Assembly: GCA_028826165.1 (NCBI GenBank)
Contig: JAPDFW010000069.1
Coordinates: 1-64,000, forward strand
DNA length: 64,000 bases
Direction of reading: 5' to 3'
Source: Anaeramoeba ignava BMAN
Lineage: Eukaryota > Protista > Anaeramoebae
The notes below the pieces were generated by a model. It was not told the DNA's origin. It saw only the letters and a list, made by a program, of their open reading frames with translations, and ran no database searches. This document shows, in pieces, positions 48,233 through 62,000 of the stretch. The position numbers and the translations under genes were made by a program. Every line of letters starts with the position of its first letter. The stretch's first letter is position 1.

Positions 48233-51200
48233 TTATTTACGAGAGAAAAAAGACATGAATTTATTTTTCTTTTTAGTTTTTGTATTTTTTTTTTTTTCTT
48301 TTTCTTTTTCTTTTTCATTTTCTTTTTCAATTTCTTTTTCATTTTCATTTAGATTTTGATTTTGATTTTGATTTTGATTTTGATTTTCCAAATTTAAGTT
48401 TTTTTTTCGAATTTCAAAACTTGGATGTTCTTTAGTCAAATTTTGTCTTCTATTATTTGATTTTTTAGGTTCTTGATTATTAGAATTTTCTAATTGATTA
48501 TTTTGAGAATTTGTTCTAACAAAGTTTGTAACATTAATAAAATTTCCACTTTCAATAACTTCCTGAGAAATTTTTGGATTTATTGAATTATTTGAATTTT
48601 CTTCCATTTTCTAAATTAATATTTTTTTTTTTCAAAAGAGAAAAGAATTGAAATGAATGATTTTTTTTTCTAATTTAATTTTTTTGTTGATTTTCTACTT
48701 GTTTCTTTTCAGTCCAATCATAAACATAATCATAAACATATCCTTCATGAATAAACAAGTCTCTAAAAACTTTTCTTAAATAACTATAATCTGGAGTTTC
48801 ATCAAAACCCAAATTTTTTGTATAATTTAAATAAGAAGCAAATACAGCTTAAAAATAGAAATAAAAATAAAAATAAAAATAAAAATAAAATAAAAGAAAG
48901 ATTTGAATTAATTTTTTCTTGATCTTTATCAAAAATTATTTAAATTTTTACGATCAAGAGATTTGCAAAGTTCTTCAACACTTGTTGATATTTTTTTTTC
49001 TGAAATTTTTTCATATTTTTGTTTTTTATTTGTAGCTTGGAGACCTTGCCAAGGTAAATTTCCTCTACAAAAATAAATAAGAACATATCCAATACTTTCC
49101 AAATCATCTCTTCTACTTTGTTCTATTAAATATTAAATATAAAATATAAAATATAAAATATAAATTATAAAATATAAAATATTAAATATATAAATTATAA
49201 AATATAAAAATAAAAATATAAAATATTAAATATTAAATATAAAATATTAAATAAAAATATAAAATATAAAATATTAAATATTAAATATAAAATATTAAAT
49301 ATTAAATATTAAATATTAAATATTAAATATTAAATATAAAATATTAAATATAAAATATAAAATATTAAATATTAAATATTAAATATTAAATATTAAATAT
49401 TAAAAAATAAATATAAATATTAAAAATATAAAAATATAAAACATATAAAAATAAAAAATAAAAAATATAAAATATTAAATATAAAATATTAAATATAAAA
49501 AAAATATAAAATATAAAATATAAAAATATAAAATATTAAACACAAAAAACATTAAAATAAAAAAATAAAAAATATAAAATATAAAAAATATAAAATATAA
49601 AAAATAATATAAAATATAAAATATTAAATATTAAATATTAAATATAAAAATAAAAAATATTAAAATATAAAAATATAAAATATAAAATATAAATATATAA
49701 ATATAAAATATAAAATATAAAAATTATAAAATATATAAAATATAAAATATAAAAATATAAAAATATAAAATATAAAATATAAAATATTAAATATAAAATA
49801 TAAAATATTAAATATAAAATATAAAATATAAAATATAAAATATAAAATATAAAATATTAAATATTAAATATAAAATATAAATATAAAATATTAAATATTA
49901 AATATAAAATATAAAATATAAAATATAAAATATTAAATATACCAATTCCTAAATGAGTATTTTTTGATACATATCGTGCAGTTCCTGTTAAATTTTTTTT
50001 ATCACGAAATGCAATATGTTTATGTGTTCTTGCATCTCTATATTTTTTTGATAATCCAAAATCTATTAAATAAACTTGATTTCCATTTTTTCCTGTTCCC
50101 ATTAGAAAATTATCTGGTTTAATATCTCGATGAATAAAATTTTTTGAATGAATATATTCTATTCTACTTATCTATAGTTTTTGGATTTTTGAATTTAATT
50201 TTTTAATTTTGATTTAATTTGAATTTGAATTTTAAAAATTTAATCCATTAATAAAATAAAATTCAATCTACCATTTGATCAGCAATCATAAGAATAGTTT
50301 TTAAAGAAAATTTTCGGGAACAAAAATTAAATAAATCCTCTAAAGTTGGACCAAGCATATCCATAATCATAACATTATAATCACTTTCAACTCCAAACCA
50401 ACGAACATGTGGAATTCCCACTCCTCCGGAAAGAATACGATAAATTTTACTTTCATATAATAATTGTGGATGCTTAGATTTTACACTTTCCTAAAAAATG
50501 ATTATTAATTATAAATTTTGTTATAAATTTAATTGTAAATATAATTATAAATTTAATTATAAATTTAATTATAAATTTAATTATAAATTTAATTATAAAT
50601 TTAATTATAAATTTTGTTATAAATTTAATTATAAATTTAATTATAAATTTAATTATAAATTTAATTATAAATTTAATTATAAATTTAATTATAAATTTAA
50701 TTATAAATTTAATTATAAATATAATTATAAATTTAATTATAAATTTAATTATAAATTTAATTATAAATTTAATTATAAATTTAATTATAAATTTAATTAT
50801 ATTATTATAAATTTAATTTTGAATTTAATTATATATTTAATTATAAATTTAATTATAAATTTAGTTTATATTTAATTTTAAATTTAATTATAAATTTAAT
50901 TATAAATTTAATTATAAATTTAATTATAAATTTAATTATAAATTTAATTATAAATTTAATTATAAATTTAATTATAAATTTAATTATAAATATAATTATA
51001 AATTTAATTATAAATTTAATTATAAATTTGTTATAAATATAATTATAAATTTAATTATAAATTTTGTTTTGAATTTTGTTATAAATTTAATTATAAATTT
51101 AATTATAAATTTAATTATAAATTTAATTATAAATTTCATTATAAATATAATTATAAATTTAATTATAAATTTAATTATAAATTTAATTATAAATTTAATT

Positions 51201-52229
51201 ATAAATTTTGTTTTGAATTTAATTATAAATTTTGTTTTGAATTTAATTATAAATTTAATTATAAATTTAATTATAAATTTAATTATAAATATAATTATAA
51301 ATTTAATTATAATTTTAATTTAATTATAAATTTTAATTATAAATTTAATTATAAATTTAATTATAAATTTAATTATAAATTTAATTATAAATTTAATTAT
51401 AAATTTAATTATAAATTTAATTATAAATTTAATTATAAATATAATTATAAATTTAATTATAAATTTAATTATAAATATAATTATAAATATAATTATAAAT
51501 ATAATTATAAAATTTAATTATAAAATTTTTAATTATTAAATTTAATTTAAATAAATTATAAATTTAGTTATAAATTTAATTATAAATATAATTATAAATT
51601 TAATTATAAATTTTGTTATAAATTTAATTATAAATTTAATTATAAATTTAATTATAAATTTAATTATAAATTTAATTATAAATTTAATTATAAATTTAAT
51701 TATAAATTTAATTATAAATTTAATTATAAATTTAATTATAAATATAATTATAAATTTTATTATAAATTTAATTATAAATTTAATTATAAATATAATTATA
51801 AATTTAATTATAAATTTAATTACAAATATAATTATAAATTTAATTATAAATATAATTATAAATTTAATTATAAATTTTGTTTTGAATTTAATTATAAATT
51901 TTGTTTTGAATTTAATTATAAATTTAATTGTAAATTTAATTATAAATTTTGTTTTGAATTTAATTATAAATTTAATTATAAATTTAATTATAAATTTAAT
52001 TATAAATATAATTATAAATATAATTATAAATATAATTATAAATTTTGTTTTGAATTTAATTTTGAATTTAATTGTAAATTTTGTTTTGAATTTAATTATA
52101 AATTTAATTTACTAATTTAATTGCAACTTCTTCTTTTGTTGTAACGTTAATTCCTTGATAAATTACTCCAAAAGATCCTGCACCAATTTTCTTTCCTAAA
52201 CGATATTTATTTCCAACACGAAGATCCAT
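48233..52229 (-). CDS. CK1: Casein kinase 1; 6 exons (52229-52113, 50490-50272, 50171-49943, 49122-48952, 48847-48699, 48610-48233)
   Basis: [81 protein letters not shown]. Splice phases are consistent; the last exon is less certain. Confidence 0.93.
49140..49935. repeat. (AAATATT/AAAATAT)n 7-mer satellite in CK1 intron 3
   Basis: Tandem repeats within the intron. Confidence 0.9.
50500..52105. repeat. (AAATTTAATTAT)n 12-mer satellite filling CK1 intron 1 (~1.6 kb)
   Basis: Tandem repeats between the donor at 52112 and the acceptor at 50491. Confidence 0.92.
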
Positions 52230-52541
52230 TTTAATGATTATTATTTGAGGATTTTAAAAAAAGAAAATTCAGAAAAAAGTTTATTATTAACTATAAAAAT
52301 AAAAATAAAGATAATAAAAAAGAAAGGAAAAGAAAAAAAATGATTTTTAAGAATTTGGTAAATAATAAAAAAAAATTTTTTTTTTTTAAATTTTTCAGAT
52401 TAAAAAAAAAAATCAAATAAAAACTTAAAAATCAAATTAAAAATTAAATTAAAAATTAAATTAAAAAAAGCGGAAATTCTCCTTTTTTTTATTAATTTTA
52501 TTTAATTATTTCTTTTTCTTTTTTGTTTTAAATTTATTTTG

Positions 52542-55339
52542 TTAATTAATTTTTGGAATTCCAATTTTCACATTAAGAATTGAAGATTGTAAATGAAACT
52601 GTTGTTTTAATGTTTTTGTAGCTTCTCTAAAAATAGAAATTTGAGAAAGAATTTTATCCAAAAATTGATCTCTTTGTGTTTGATTTTGAGCTATAAAAAC
52701 GAAGAAATTCAAATCATTCAAAAAAGAAATTTTAATAAAAAAATAAACGTTTTGATCTCTTTGTAAAGAGAGAAGAGGTGAATTTGAATTAGAAATATTA
52801 TCAACATTTGAGGATTTTTTTTGTTCCGTTTTTGATTTTCTTCTTGTAACGGTTATTGGACTAAATTCCTCTTTTCCAATGTATTTGTGAATCTCAATAT
52901 CATTGGAAAAATGAATAAAAGATTTCGCGCTTAATCGATATTTAGATTCTTCTACTTGTTGTTTTAAAGTAAATCTTGGTTTTTTTAATTGACATAAAAG
53001 AAGTGAATCAGAAAATATAAAAATTTGATATGGAAATAATTTTTGTTCAAAATTTAATTGGAATTTATCTGTGTATATTAATCTTCTTGCTGGATCGATT
53101 ATTTGTAATCCTAATTTTGATTTCGAATGTTCCGTAATTTTAGTTGCTATTTCTATCACTTTTTCTTGTTTTTCTCTTTCACTTTTTTCATCATTTAGTT
53201 TTGTTGTTGTTGCTTTCATTTCTGTTAATGCTTTTTTTAAATGTTCGTAATCTGGATGATTTTTGGGTGTATTTTTAAATAAATCTTCCAAAAGAAGAAC
53301 CTTTTTATAATTAATTTTAATAATTTTAATAATTTTAATAATTTTAATAATTTTAATAATTTTAATAATTTTAATAATTTTAATAATTTTAATAATTTTA
53401 ATAATTTTAATGATTCTAATAATTTTAAATATTTTAATAATTTTAATAATTTTAATAATTTTAATAATTTTAATAATTTTAATAATTTTAATAATTTTAA
53501 TAATTTTAATAATTTTAATAATTTTAATAATTTTAATTATTTTAATAATTTTGTTTTATAATATTTTTATACATAACGAGGAAGCCTTTGAATTGGCATT
53601 ATAAGTAGAGATTCTATTGATAAATTTTGATTTTGAGTTTGCGATTCATTCAAAAATTCTCTAAATCTTCGGTTTTTCTTTCTAAGATTTGCAACACATT
53701 GAATTGAATTTTCATAATTATTAATATAACTAATATACGATCTAAAATAAGAAATCTTTTCATTTTAATTCAAAATTCAAAATTCAAATTCCAAATTAAA
53801 AACATTTTGTTAAATATAAAGATATTTCTTTTTCAATCTATTTTTTAAATTCAAATTTACTTTTCTAATAATTAATTCTCCAATACATGTTTTTATATTC
53901 CATTCTTTAATAACTGGTTCTAATTCTTTATGAAATTCTTTTTGATATGCAAATATAACATCTAATCCATCAAAAATCAATTTCCGTTCTTTTTCTGAAA
54001 TTATTCCCTCACTTTGTAAAGGATTCATAATTTTCTTTAATCAATAAAAAAATTATTTATTTATTTATTTTTCCTTCGATTTAATTTATGAATTTCGTTA
54101 TTTTTTAATTGAAAAAGTTACATTAATAAGGATATCAAGAAATTTAATATAAGAATTTTCTGTTTGAAATAATTCTAATGTGATTTCTTTTCTTTTTGTA
54201 GACTTATAAAAAAAAAAAGATAAATCAATATTGAGAAAAAATGGAATGAGTTTTTGTTAAAATTTTTTTTGGTATTTTTGATTTTGTTACTTCTATAAAA
54301 TTTCAAAGAAAAAGCAAATTATTATTATTATTTAAAAATTTGAAATTGAATTTGAAATTAAATTTACGTTTTGATGTTGAAGTTTTTGCTGTAAATGAAG
54401 GTTTCTTTTCTAATGATTTTTTTTTAGTAAATGAAGGTTTCTTTTCTAATGAATTTTTTTTAGAAAATGAAGGTTTCTTTTCTAATGAATTTTTTTTAGA
54501 AAATGAAGGTTTCTTTTCTAATGATGACTTTTTTTTGGAAAATGATGATTTTGTTGTAATTTTTGGTTTTGATTTTGTTCTTTTTAATAAAATAGGATTT
54601 GGTTCCCCTTAAAAGCATAATCATAATCATAATAACAAATAATCGAAATTATAATCAAAAGCATAATCAAAATCAATTTTTTTTTTATTTCAATTCTTAT
54701 CAATTAATAAACAATTTACAAATTATTTTAAGTAAAACCAAAAGACCAGATGTTATTGTAACCCTTGATAAAAATAAAGGAATTGAAAATCTAAAATTTT
54801 TATTTTTAAATTTTTAATTTTCTTAAATTTCTTTTTTAAAATTCAAATTCAATTTCAATTACATAATCCAAAATAAAGACTTTTAATATTCTTGATTTTT
54901 GATCAATTTTTCCCAAGAATCTGTTTCCAATAGAAAATAAAGAAAATTCTTTTGATAAGATTAAACAAGAAATGAAACTAATTTTAATTTTAATTTTTAA
55001 TTTTAATTTTAATTTTAATTTTAATTTTATTTTTATATTTAATTTTAATTTTAATTTTAATTTTTTGTAATAAAATTAAATAAAATACATGCTATAAATT
55101 ATGGGAAATAATTGGGAAATTTTAATTAATTTAATATAAAGAATGAAAGAACCAAGAAAGAAAGAAAATTCAAGTAAAACTAAAAAGTAAATAAAACATT
55201 ATTTTTTTTGTTTCTAAATTAATAAATATTTCATGTTTTTGAATTTTTTTTTTGTTTAATAGAAAAGAAAAGCAAATAGTTTAATTTTAAATTTACAAAT
55301 CCATTTATAAATAGAATAAAATTTATGAAATAGAACCAT
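52542..55339 (-). CDS. Dbl-family RhoGEF (DH-PH), multi-exon, with a probable hydrophobic N-terminal region
   Basis: DH motifs RKEITLELFQTENSYIKFL, IFDGLDVI..Q..F..EL, YISYINNY, SIESLLIMPIQRLPRY/VLLLEDLFKNTP..HPDY, followed by PH-like IFIFSDSLLLC. The 5' exons (55339 to 54719) are tentative. Confidence 0.8.
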
Positions 55340-55473
55340 TTTTTTTAAATAAGAAAAAAGGAAAAAAATGAAAAAACAAAATTTACAAAAAAATTTTTTT
55401 TCATTTTTTTCCTTTTTTTGCCAATAAAATAAAACAAAATAAAACAAAATTAACGAAAAATTTACTTTTTGTT

Positions 55474-58400
55474 ATGACTTATTCAAAAAATGAAAAAAAC
55501 TCAAAATCAAATGAAAAGAAAAATAATCCATTTTATTTACAAATTTCTTCAAATCAATTAACAAATCAATCAACAAATCAATTAACAAATCAATCAACAA
55601 ATCAATTAACAAATCAATCAACAAATCAATCAATAAATCAATCAACAAATCAATCATCAAATCAATCATCAAATCAATCAACAAATCAATTAACAAATCA
55701 ATCAACAAATCAATCAACAAATCAATCAATAAATCAATCAACAAATCAATCAACAAATCAATCAACAAATCAATCAACAAATCAATTAACAAATCAATTA
55801 ACAAATCAATTAACAAATCAATCATCAAATCAATTAATAAATCAATCAACAAATAAAATAAAAATCAAATCAATAAAATACCAATAAATCAATCATCAAA
55901 TAATCAACAAATTAATCAACAAATCAATCAACAAAATAATTAATAAATTCAAATAAAAAATAAATTCAACAAATATAATAATAAATCGGTAATAAAAAAA
56001 TCAAAATAAATAATAAATTATTAATAAATTAATTAAAATAAAATCAATCATAAATAAATTAATCAACAAATAAATTAATAAATTAAAAAAAAATAAAGAA
56101 TCAAATCAAATCAAATAAATCCATCAAATTAAAAGAAATCAAAATAATAAATCAACAAATAAATTAACAAATAAATTCAACAACGTCAATAAATAAATAA
56201 ATCAAATCAATCAACAAATCAATCAACAAATCAATCATCAAATCAATTAACAAATCAATTAACAAATCAATTAACAAATCAATTAACAAATCAATCAACA
56301 AATCAATCAATAAATCAATCAATCAAATCAATCATCAAATCAATCATCAAATCAATTAACAAATCAATTAGCAAATCAATCAACAAATCAACCAACAAAT
56401 CAATTAACAAATCAATTAGCAAATAATTCAAGATATCAATTAACAAATCAATCAACAAATAATTCAAGATATCAATTAACAAATCAATCAACAAATAATT
56501 CAAGATATCAATTAACAAATCAATCAACAAATAATTCAAGATATCAATTAATTAAATCAATCAACAAATAATTCAAGATATCACTTAAGAAGTTCAAATC
56601 CTTTAAATCGTTTCATCAAACAAAAAATAAAATTTGAAGGTTTAATTGGTTTAAATAATCTTGGGAATACTTGTTATATAAATAGCACTTTACAATGTTT
56701 AATTCAAACAAAACCACTTACAAACTATTTTTTAAATAACGAATTTGCTTTAAGAACGATAAAAAGCCCAGATAAAGAATTAATTGTTGAATATTTAGAA
56801 TTATTAAAAGCTGTATCAATTTTTTTTACGAAAAAACAACAATAATAATTTATTTGGATAAAAAATTCCAATTTGAAATTTAGGTTCAAAATCAGCAAAT
56901 ATATGCGATTTCTCCTTCAAAAATTAAACGAATTGTTCAAAAAAAAACAGATCTTTTCACAAATTTCCGACAACAAGATGCACAAGAATTTGCGATTTTT
57001 TTATTAGATTACATTCACGAAACCTTGAATCGAAAAGAAGAAAAAACAGAAAAACAAGTTGAATTACAAGAGAAAGAAGAAATGGATTTTGAAAAATTAG
57101 CAGAAATTTCATGGGAAAATTACATCAAAAAAAATAATTCAATCATCACTCAATTATTTCAGGCTCAGATGAAATCACAATTAAAATGCCCAAAATGCAA
57201 CCACATCTCAGCAACTTTTGATCCTTATATGTATCTTTCTTTATCTTTCCCAAAAAAAGAACTTTTTATAGTTGATGTTACAGTTATTTTTTCTTATTCA
57301 GAAAAATTCCCAACAAAATATTCAATTAGTTGGAATCGAAAAAAAGGAATCCAAAAACTGATCCAAAATATATCCAAAAAAACAGGAATTCCAAATCAAT
57401 TTATTTTTTTAGGCAATATTTCATCCTCTAATTTGCATCAACAAAAAATTGAAAAAATTGAAGATATTGAAGATATTGAAAAAATTGAAAAAATTGAAAA
57501 AATTGAAAAAATTGAAGATATTGATTTGCGACTCAATCCAAAAAAACAACTATTTGCATTCCAATTAAAAAAACAACTTACGAATGATTATGGATTGGTA
57601 TTTGTTTATCAGCAAAGAAAAACGATGAATTTACTCATTTCTTGGTATCTTCCTTCTGTTTTAGTTCTTAAAAAAAAATTAATTTCTAGACAAAAATTAT
57701 CAGAAAAAATACAAGAAAATTTATTCAGATTTTTTCCCCAAATCCAAAAACCAAGAATTAAATATAATTTGATGGAAGTTGAAGAAAAAAAAGTTTCCAA
57801 AAAAAGAAAAAAGGGAGAAAACATTGATAAACATTTCCATGATATCAACGAAATTATTAATGAAAATATTAATGAAAATATTCAGGATCTTAAAAAAACA
57901 AAAGCAAACAAAAAATCATCGGATTCTTTTATAAAACAACATTCAATAGAAGATATAAATCAACAAAATTTGGATTTATCAAAAAATTTAGAAAATGAAG
58001 TTATTAAATCACAATATTTTTCAAATGAAAAATCTCAATCCAAATTATATACTTTTGGTTTCATCCCTAATCATATAGATGCAAACAAACAAAATTCAAT
58101 CAAAAACACATCAGAAAAAAGTTATTTCAATCCAAATAATTTGCAAAAGAAATTTCCATTCAAAATTAATTTTCACAAAAAATTTGGTTGGAATGGAGAA
58201 ACAATCAAGATTCAAGAAGAACAAGAAATATCATTAGTTTGGGAATCTTTTGGAAATTCACGTTTCAAAAATACAATCAATAAGGATTCTTCTGTTATTC
58301 AACCAAAAGAAAGAAAAAAAGTTGAGAAATCAATTCCAATCAAAAAATTACTTGATTTTTATATAAAAGAAGAAAGTTTGGAAGAAAATAATCAATGGAT

Positions 58401-58794
58401 TTGTCCTTCTTGTAAAACAAAAGTATTGGCGAAAAAGAAATTAAGTTTAAGAACAATTCCAAATATTTTAATCATTCATTTGAATCGATTTCAAGTTGAA
58501 AAATCTTTCAGAAAAATCTCAACTCGAGTTGATTTTCCTTTTGAATTAGATATTTCAAATATGGTTCAAAAATATCCCCCAAACAGTTGTTTATATGATC
58601 TTTATGCCGTTATAAATCATTATGGATCTTTTTTTGGGGGTCATTATACTTCTTTTGTTAAAAATAGGAATAAAAATGGAAATGAAAATTGGTTTTTTTG
58701 TAATGATGATAAAATTTTTCCAACTGAAAAAGAAAATATTGTTTCTTCTGCTGCTTATGTTTTGTTTTATGAACAAAAAGAGAATAAAAATTAA
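55474..58794 (+). CDS. Ubiquitin-specific protease (USP4/11/15-like split catalytic domain); intron 56813-56883; N-terminal repeat region unresolved
   Basis: [21 protein letters not shown] (~56640-56700), [62 protein letters not shown]. The true start is uncertain because 55860-56200 is degenerate. Confidence 0.85.
55550..56580 (+). repeat. (AATCAATCAACA/AATCAATTAACA)n 12-mer repeat (NQST/NQLT if coding)
   Basis: Tandem 12-mers with a noisy central block. Confidence 0.85.
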
Positions 58795-59017
58795 TTAAAA
58801 ATTAATTAATTAGTAATTTTAAAAAGATAATTAGTAAATATTTTTTTTAAATTAAAAAAATTTTTTTTTCTTTTTTGTTTTTTTCCTTTTTTTTTTAATT
58901 TTAATTTTTATTTTAATTTTCATTTTTTTTCTTTTCTTTTTTTTGTTAAACAAAAAAAAAAATTTAAAAAAAAAAAAAAAATTTTTTTCTTTTAAAAAAA
59001 AAAAAAAAAAAAAACTG

Positions 59018-62000
59018 ATGGACACACAAAATCAACCACAACCACAACCACAAAATCAACCACAAGCACAAAATCAACCACAACAACAATTAGCACAAAA
59101 TCAAAATCAACCACAAGCACAACCACAAGCACAACCACAAGCACAACCACAAGCACAACCACAACAACAACCACAACAACAACCACAACCACAACAACAA
59201 CCACAACAACAATTAGCACAAACTTCAACACTGTAAATATAACAAAAAATTAAAATAAAAATATAACGAAAATTTAATATAAAAATATAAGAAAAATTAA
59301 AATTAAAATTAAAATTAAAATTAAAATTAAAATAAAAAATAAAATTTAAAATTAAAATTAAAATAAAAATAAAACGAAAATTAAAATTTAAAATTAAAAT
59401 TAAAATTAAAATTAAAATTAAAATTAAAAATTAAAAATTAAAAATTAAAATTAAAATTAAAATTAAAATTAAAAATTAAAATTAAAAAATTAAAATTAAA
59501 ATTAAAATTAAAATTAAAATTAAAATTAAAATTAAAATTAAAATTAAAATTAAAATTAAAATTAAAATTAAAATTAAAATTAAAATTAAAATTAAAATTA
59601 AAATTAAAATTAAAATTAAAATTAAAATTAAAAATTAAAATTAAAATAAATATTTAAAATTAAAATTAAAATTTAAAAATTAAAATTAAAATTAAAATTA
59701 AAATTAAAACCAAAATTAAAATTAAAATTAAAATTAAAATTAAAATTAAAATTAAAATTAAAATTTAAAAATTAAAATTAAAATTAAAATTAAAATTAAA
59801 ATTAAAATTAAAATTAAAATTAAAATTAAAATTAAAATTAAAATTAAAATTAAAATTAAAATTAAAATTAAAATTAAAATTAAAATTAAAATTAAAATTA
59901 AAATTAAAATTAAAATTAAAAATCAAAATTAAATCTAAAAAAAAGTCATGTTGGAAATCTTCCAGAAAATGTTACTGATCAACTTTTATTGCAATTATTT
60001 GCATCTTTTAATCCAAGTTCAGCTAAAGTTGCAAGAGATCAAAATGGAAAATCAAAAAGATATGGATATGTTAATTTTTCAAATCCAAAAAGATGCAGAA
60101 GATGCAAGAGAAAATTATGATGGAGGAGAATATAATGGTCATATTCTTAGAGTTACTCCTAAAATTCCTATTAAGTAATTTAAATAATCTTAAATAATTT
60201 AAATAATCTTAATTAATTTTAATTTAAATTTTATTAGTAAATTGAAATCAGGTAAAAATAATGTTATTGTAAAAGGTCTTAAAAAAGATTGGTTTGAAGC
60301 AGATCTTCGAGAAATTCTTTCAAAAAAGATTTCAAATTGTGATATTATTTCAATTAAAGTTCCAAGAACTCAAAATAAAGAATCAAAAGTAAAATTTCAT
60401 TTTTATAAAAAAATTAAAATAATAAATTAATTCAAATTAATAATAATAAAAGGGATATGGAATGGCAAATTTTGCAAGTGAAGAACAAGCAAGAGAAGCA
60501 CTTAAATTAACAGGAGAAGTAATTGAAGGTCAACCAATGTAAATATTCAAATTCAAAATTAAAATTAAAATTAAAATTAATATTTAAAATCAAAATTAAA
60601 ATTAAAATTAAAATTAAAATTAAAATTAAAATTAATATTTAAAATTAAAATTAAAATTAAAATTAAAATTAAAATTAAAATTAAAATTAAAATTAAAATT
60701 AAAAATTAAAATAAAATTAAAATTAAAATTAAAATTAAAAATTAAAATTAAAATCAAAATTAAAATTAAAATTAAAATTAAAAATTAAAATTAAAATTAA
60801 AATTAAAATTAAAATTAAAATTAAAATTAAAATTAAAATTAAAATTAAAATTTAAATTAAAATTAAAATTAAAATTAAAATCAAAATCAAAATTAAAATT
60901 AATATCAAAATTAAAATTTAAAATTAAAATTAAAATTAAAATCAAAATTAAAATTTAAAATTAAAAAAATTAAAAATTAAAAATTAAAATTAAAATTAAA
61001 ATCAAAATTAAAATTAAAATTAAAATAAAAATTAAAATCAAAATAAAAATAAAAATTAAAATCAAAATTAAAATTTAAATTAAAAATTAATATTAAAATT
61101 TAAATAAATTAATAGTGAAGTTGAACCTTATTTAGATTCTGAATTTAGAGATGAACAATCAAAAAAAACTTATAAAAGAATTTATATTAAGAAATTCCCT
61201 GAAAATTACAGTCAAGAAGATTTACAAAATTTATTCCAACAATTTGGAAAAATTGATAAAATTGAATTATCAAGATTTGGAAAAGCACAAATTCCATATG
61301 CATTTATTGATTTTTCAAAACATGAAGAAGCAGAATTAGCTATTGAAAAAATGAATGGAAAAAGAATTGGAGTTCAAGAAATTTATGTTGGAAGAGCAAT
61401 GAAAAAAGCAGAACGTAATCGTTTTCTTGCACAACAAAGAATGAGAAGACCAGGTTTAATCAGAACAAACAACATCAAATTTGTATTTATTGACAATGAG
61501 AAGATAATGATGTTTGATTCAGCAACAATTCGAGAAGAATGTTTAAAAATTGAACCAAAACCACAAATTTTTTCATCCAAAGTATTTTATAGCAAAGATA
61601 CTGGAAAACCATCAACTGGATTTGTATGTTTTGAAACAACATTTGATTGTGAAAGAATATTAAGATTTTTCCAACAAAATCCAAAACCTGATTATCAAGT
61701 GACAAAACATGAACCAAATATGCATCCAAATCCACAACCAAGAGGAGGATATTATACAAGACCACCACCACATTTTAACCCTTATTCACAAGGATATCCA
61801 CCAAATCAACCATATCAAAATCCACCAAATCCACAATATCCACCAAATCAATATCCACCAAATCAATATCCACCAAATCCACAAAATCGAGGATTTGCAT
61901 TCAATCAACAAATTAACCAACAACCACCAATCAAAAACCCTCATCCAAACCCAAGATCTTTTTCTCCAAATCAAAATCCAAATCCAAATTATCAACCAAG

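Noticed and set aside
54883-54885. Stop-codon reassignment (TAA read as sense)
   Set aside because: TAA terminates most well-supported genes in the window, and this is a single case in a tentative exon
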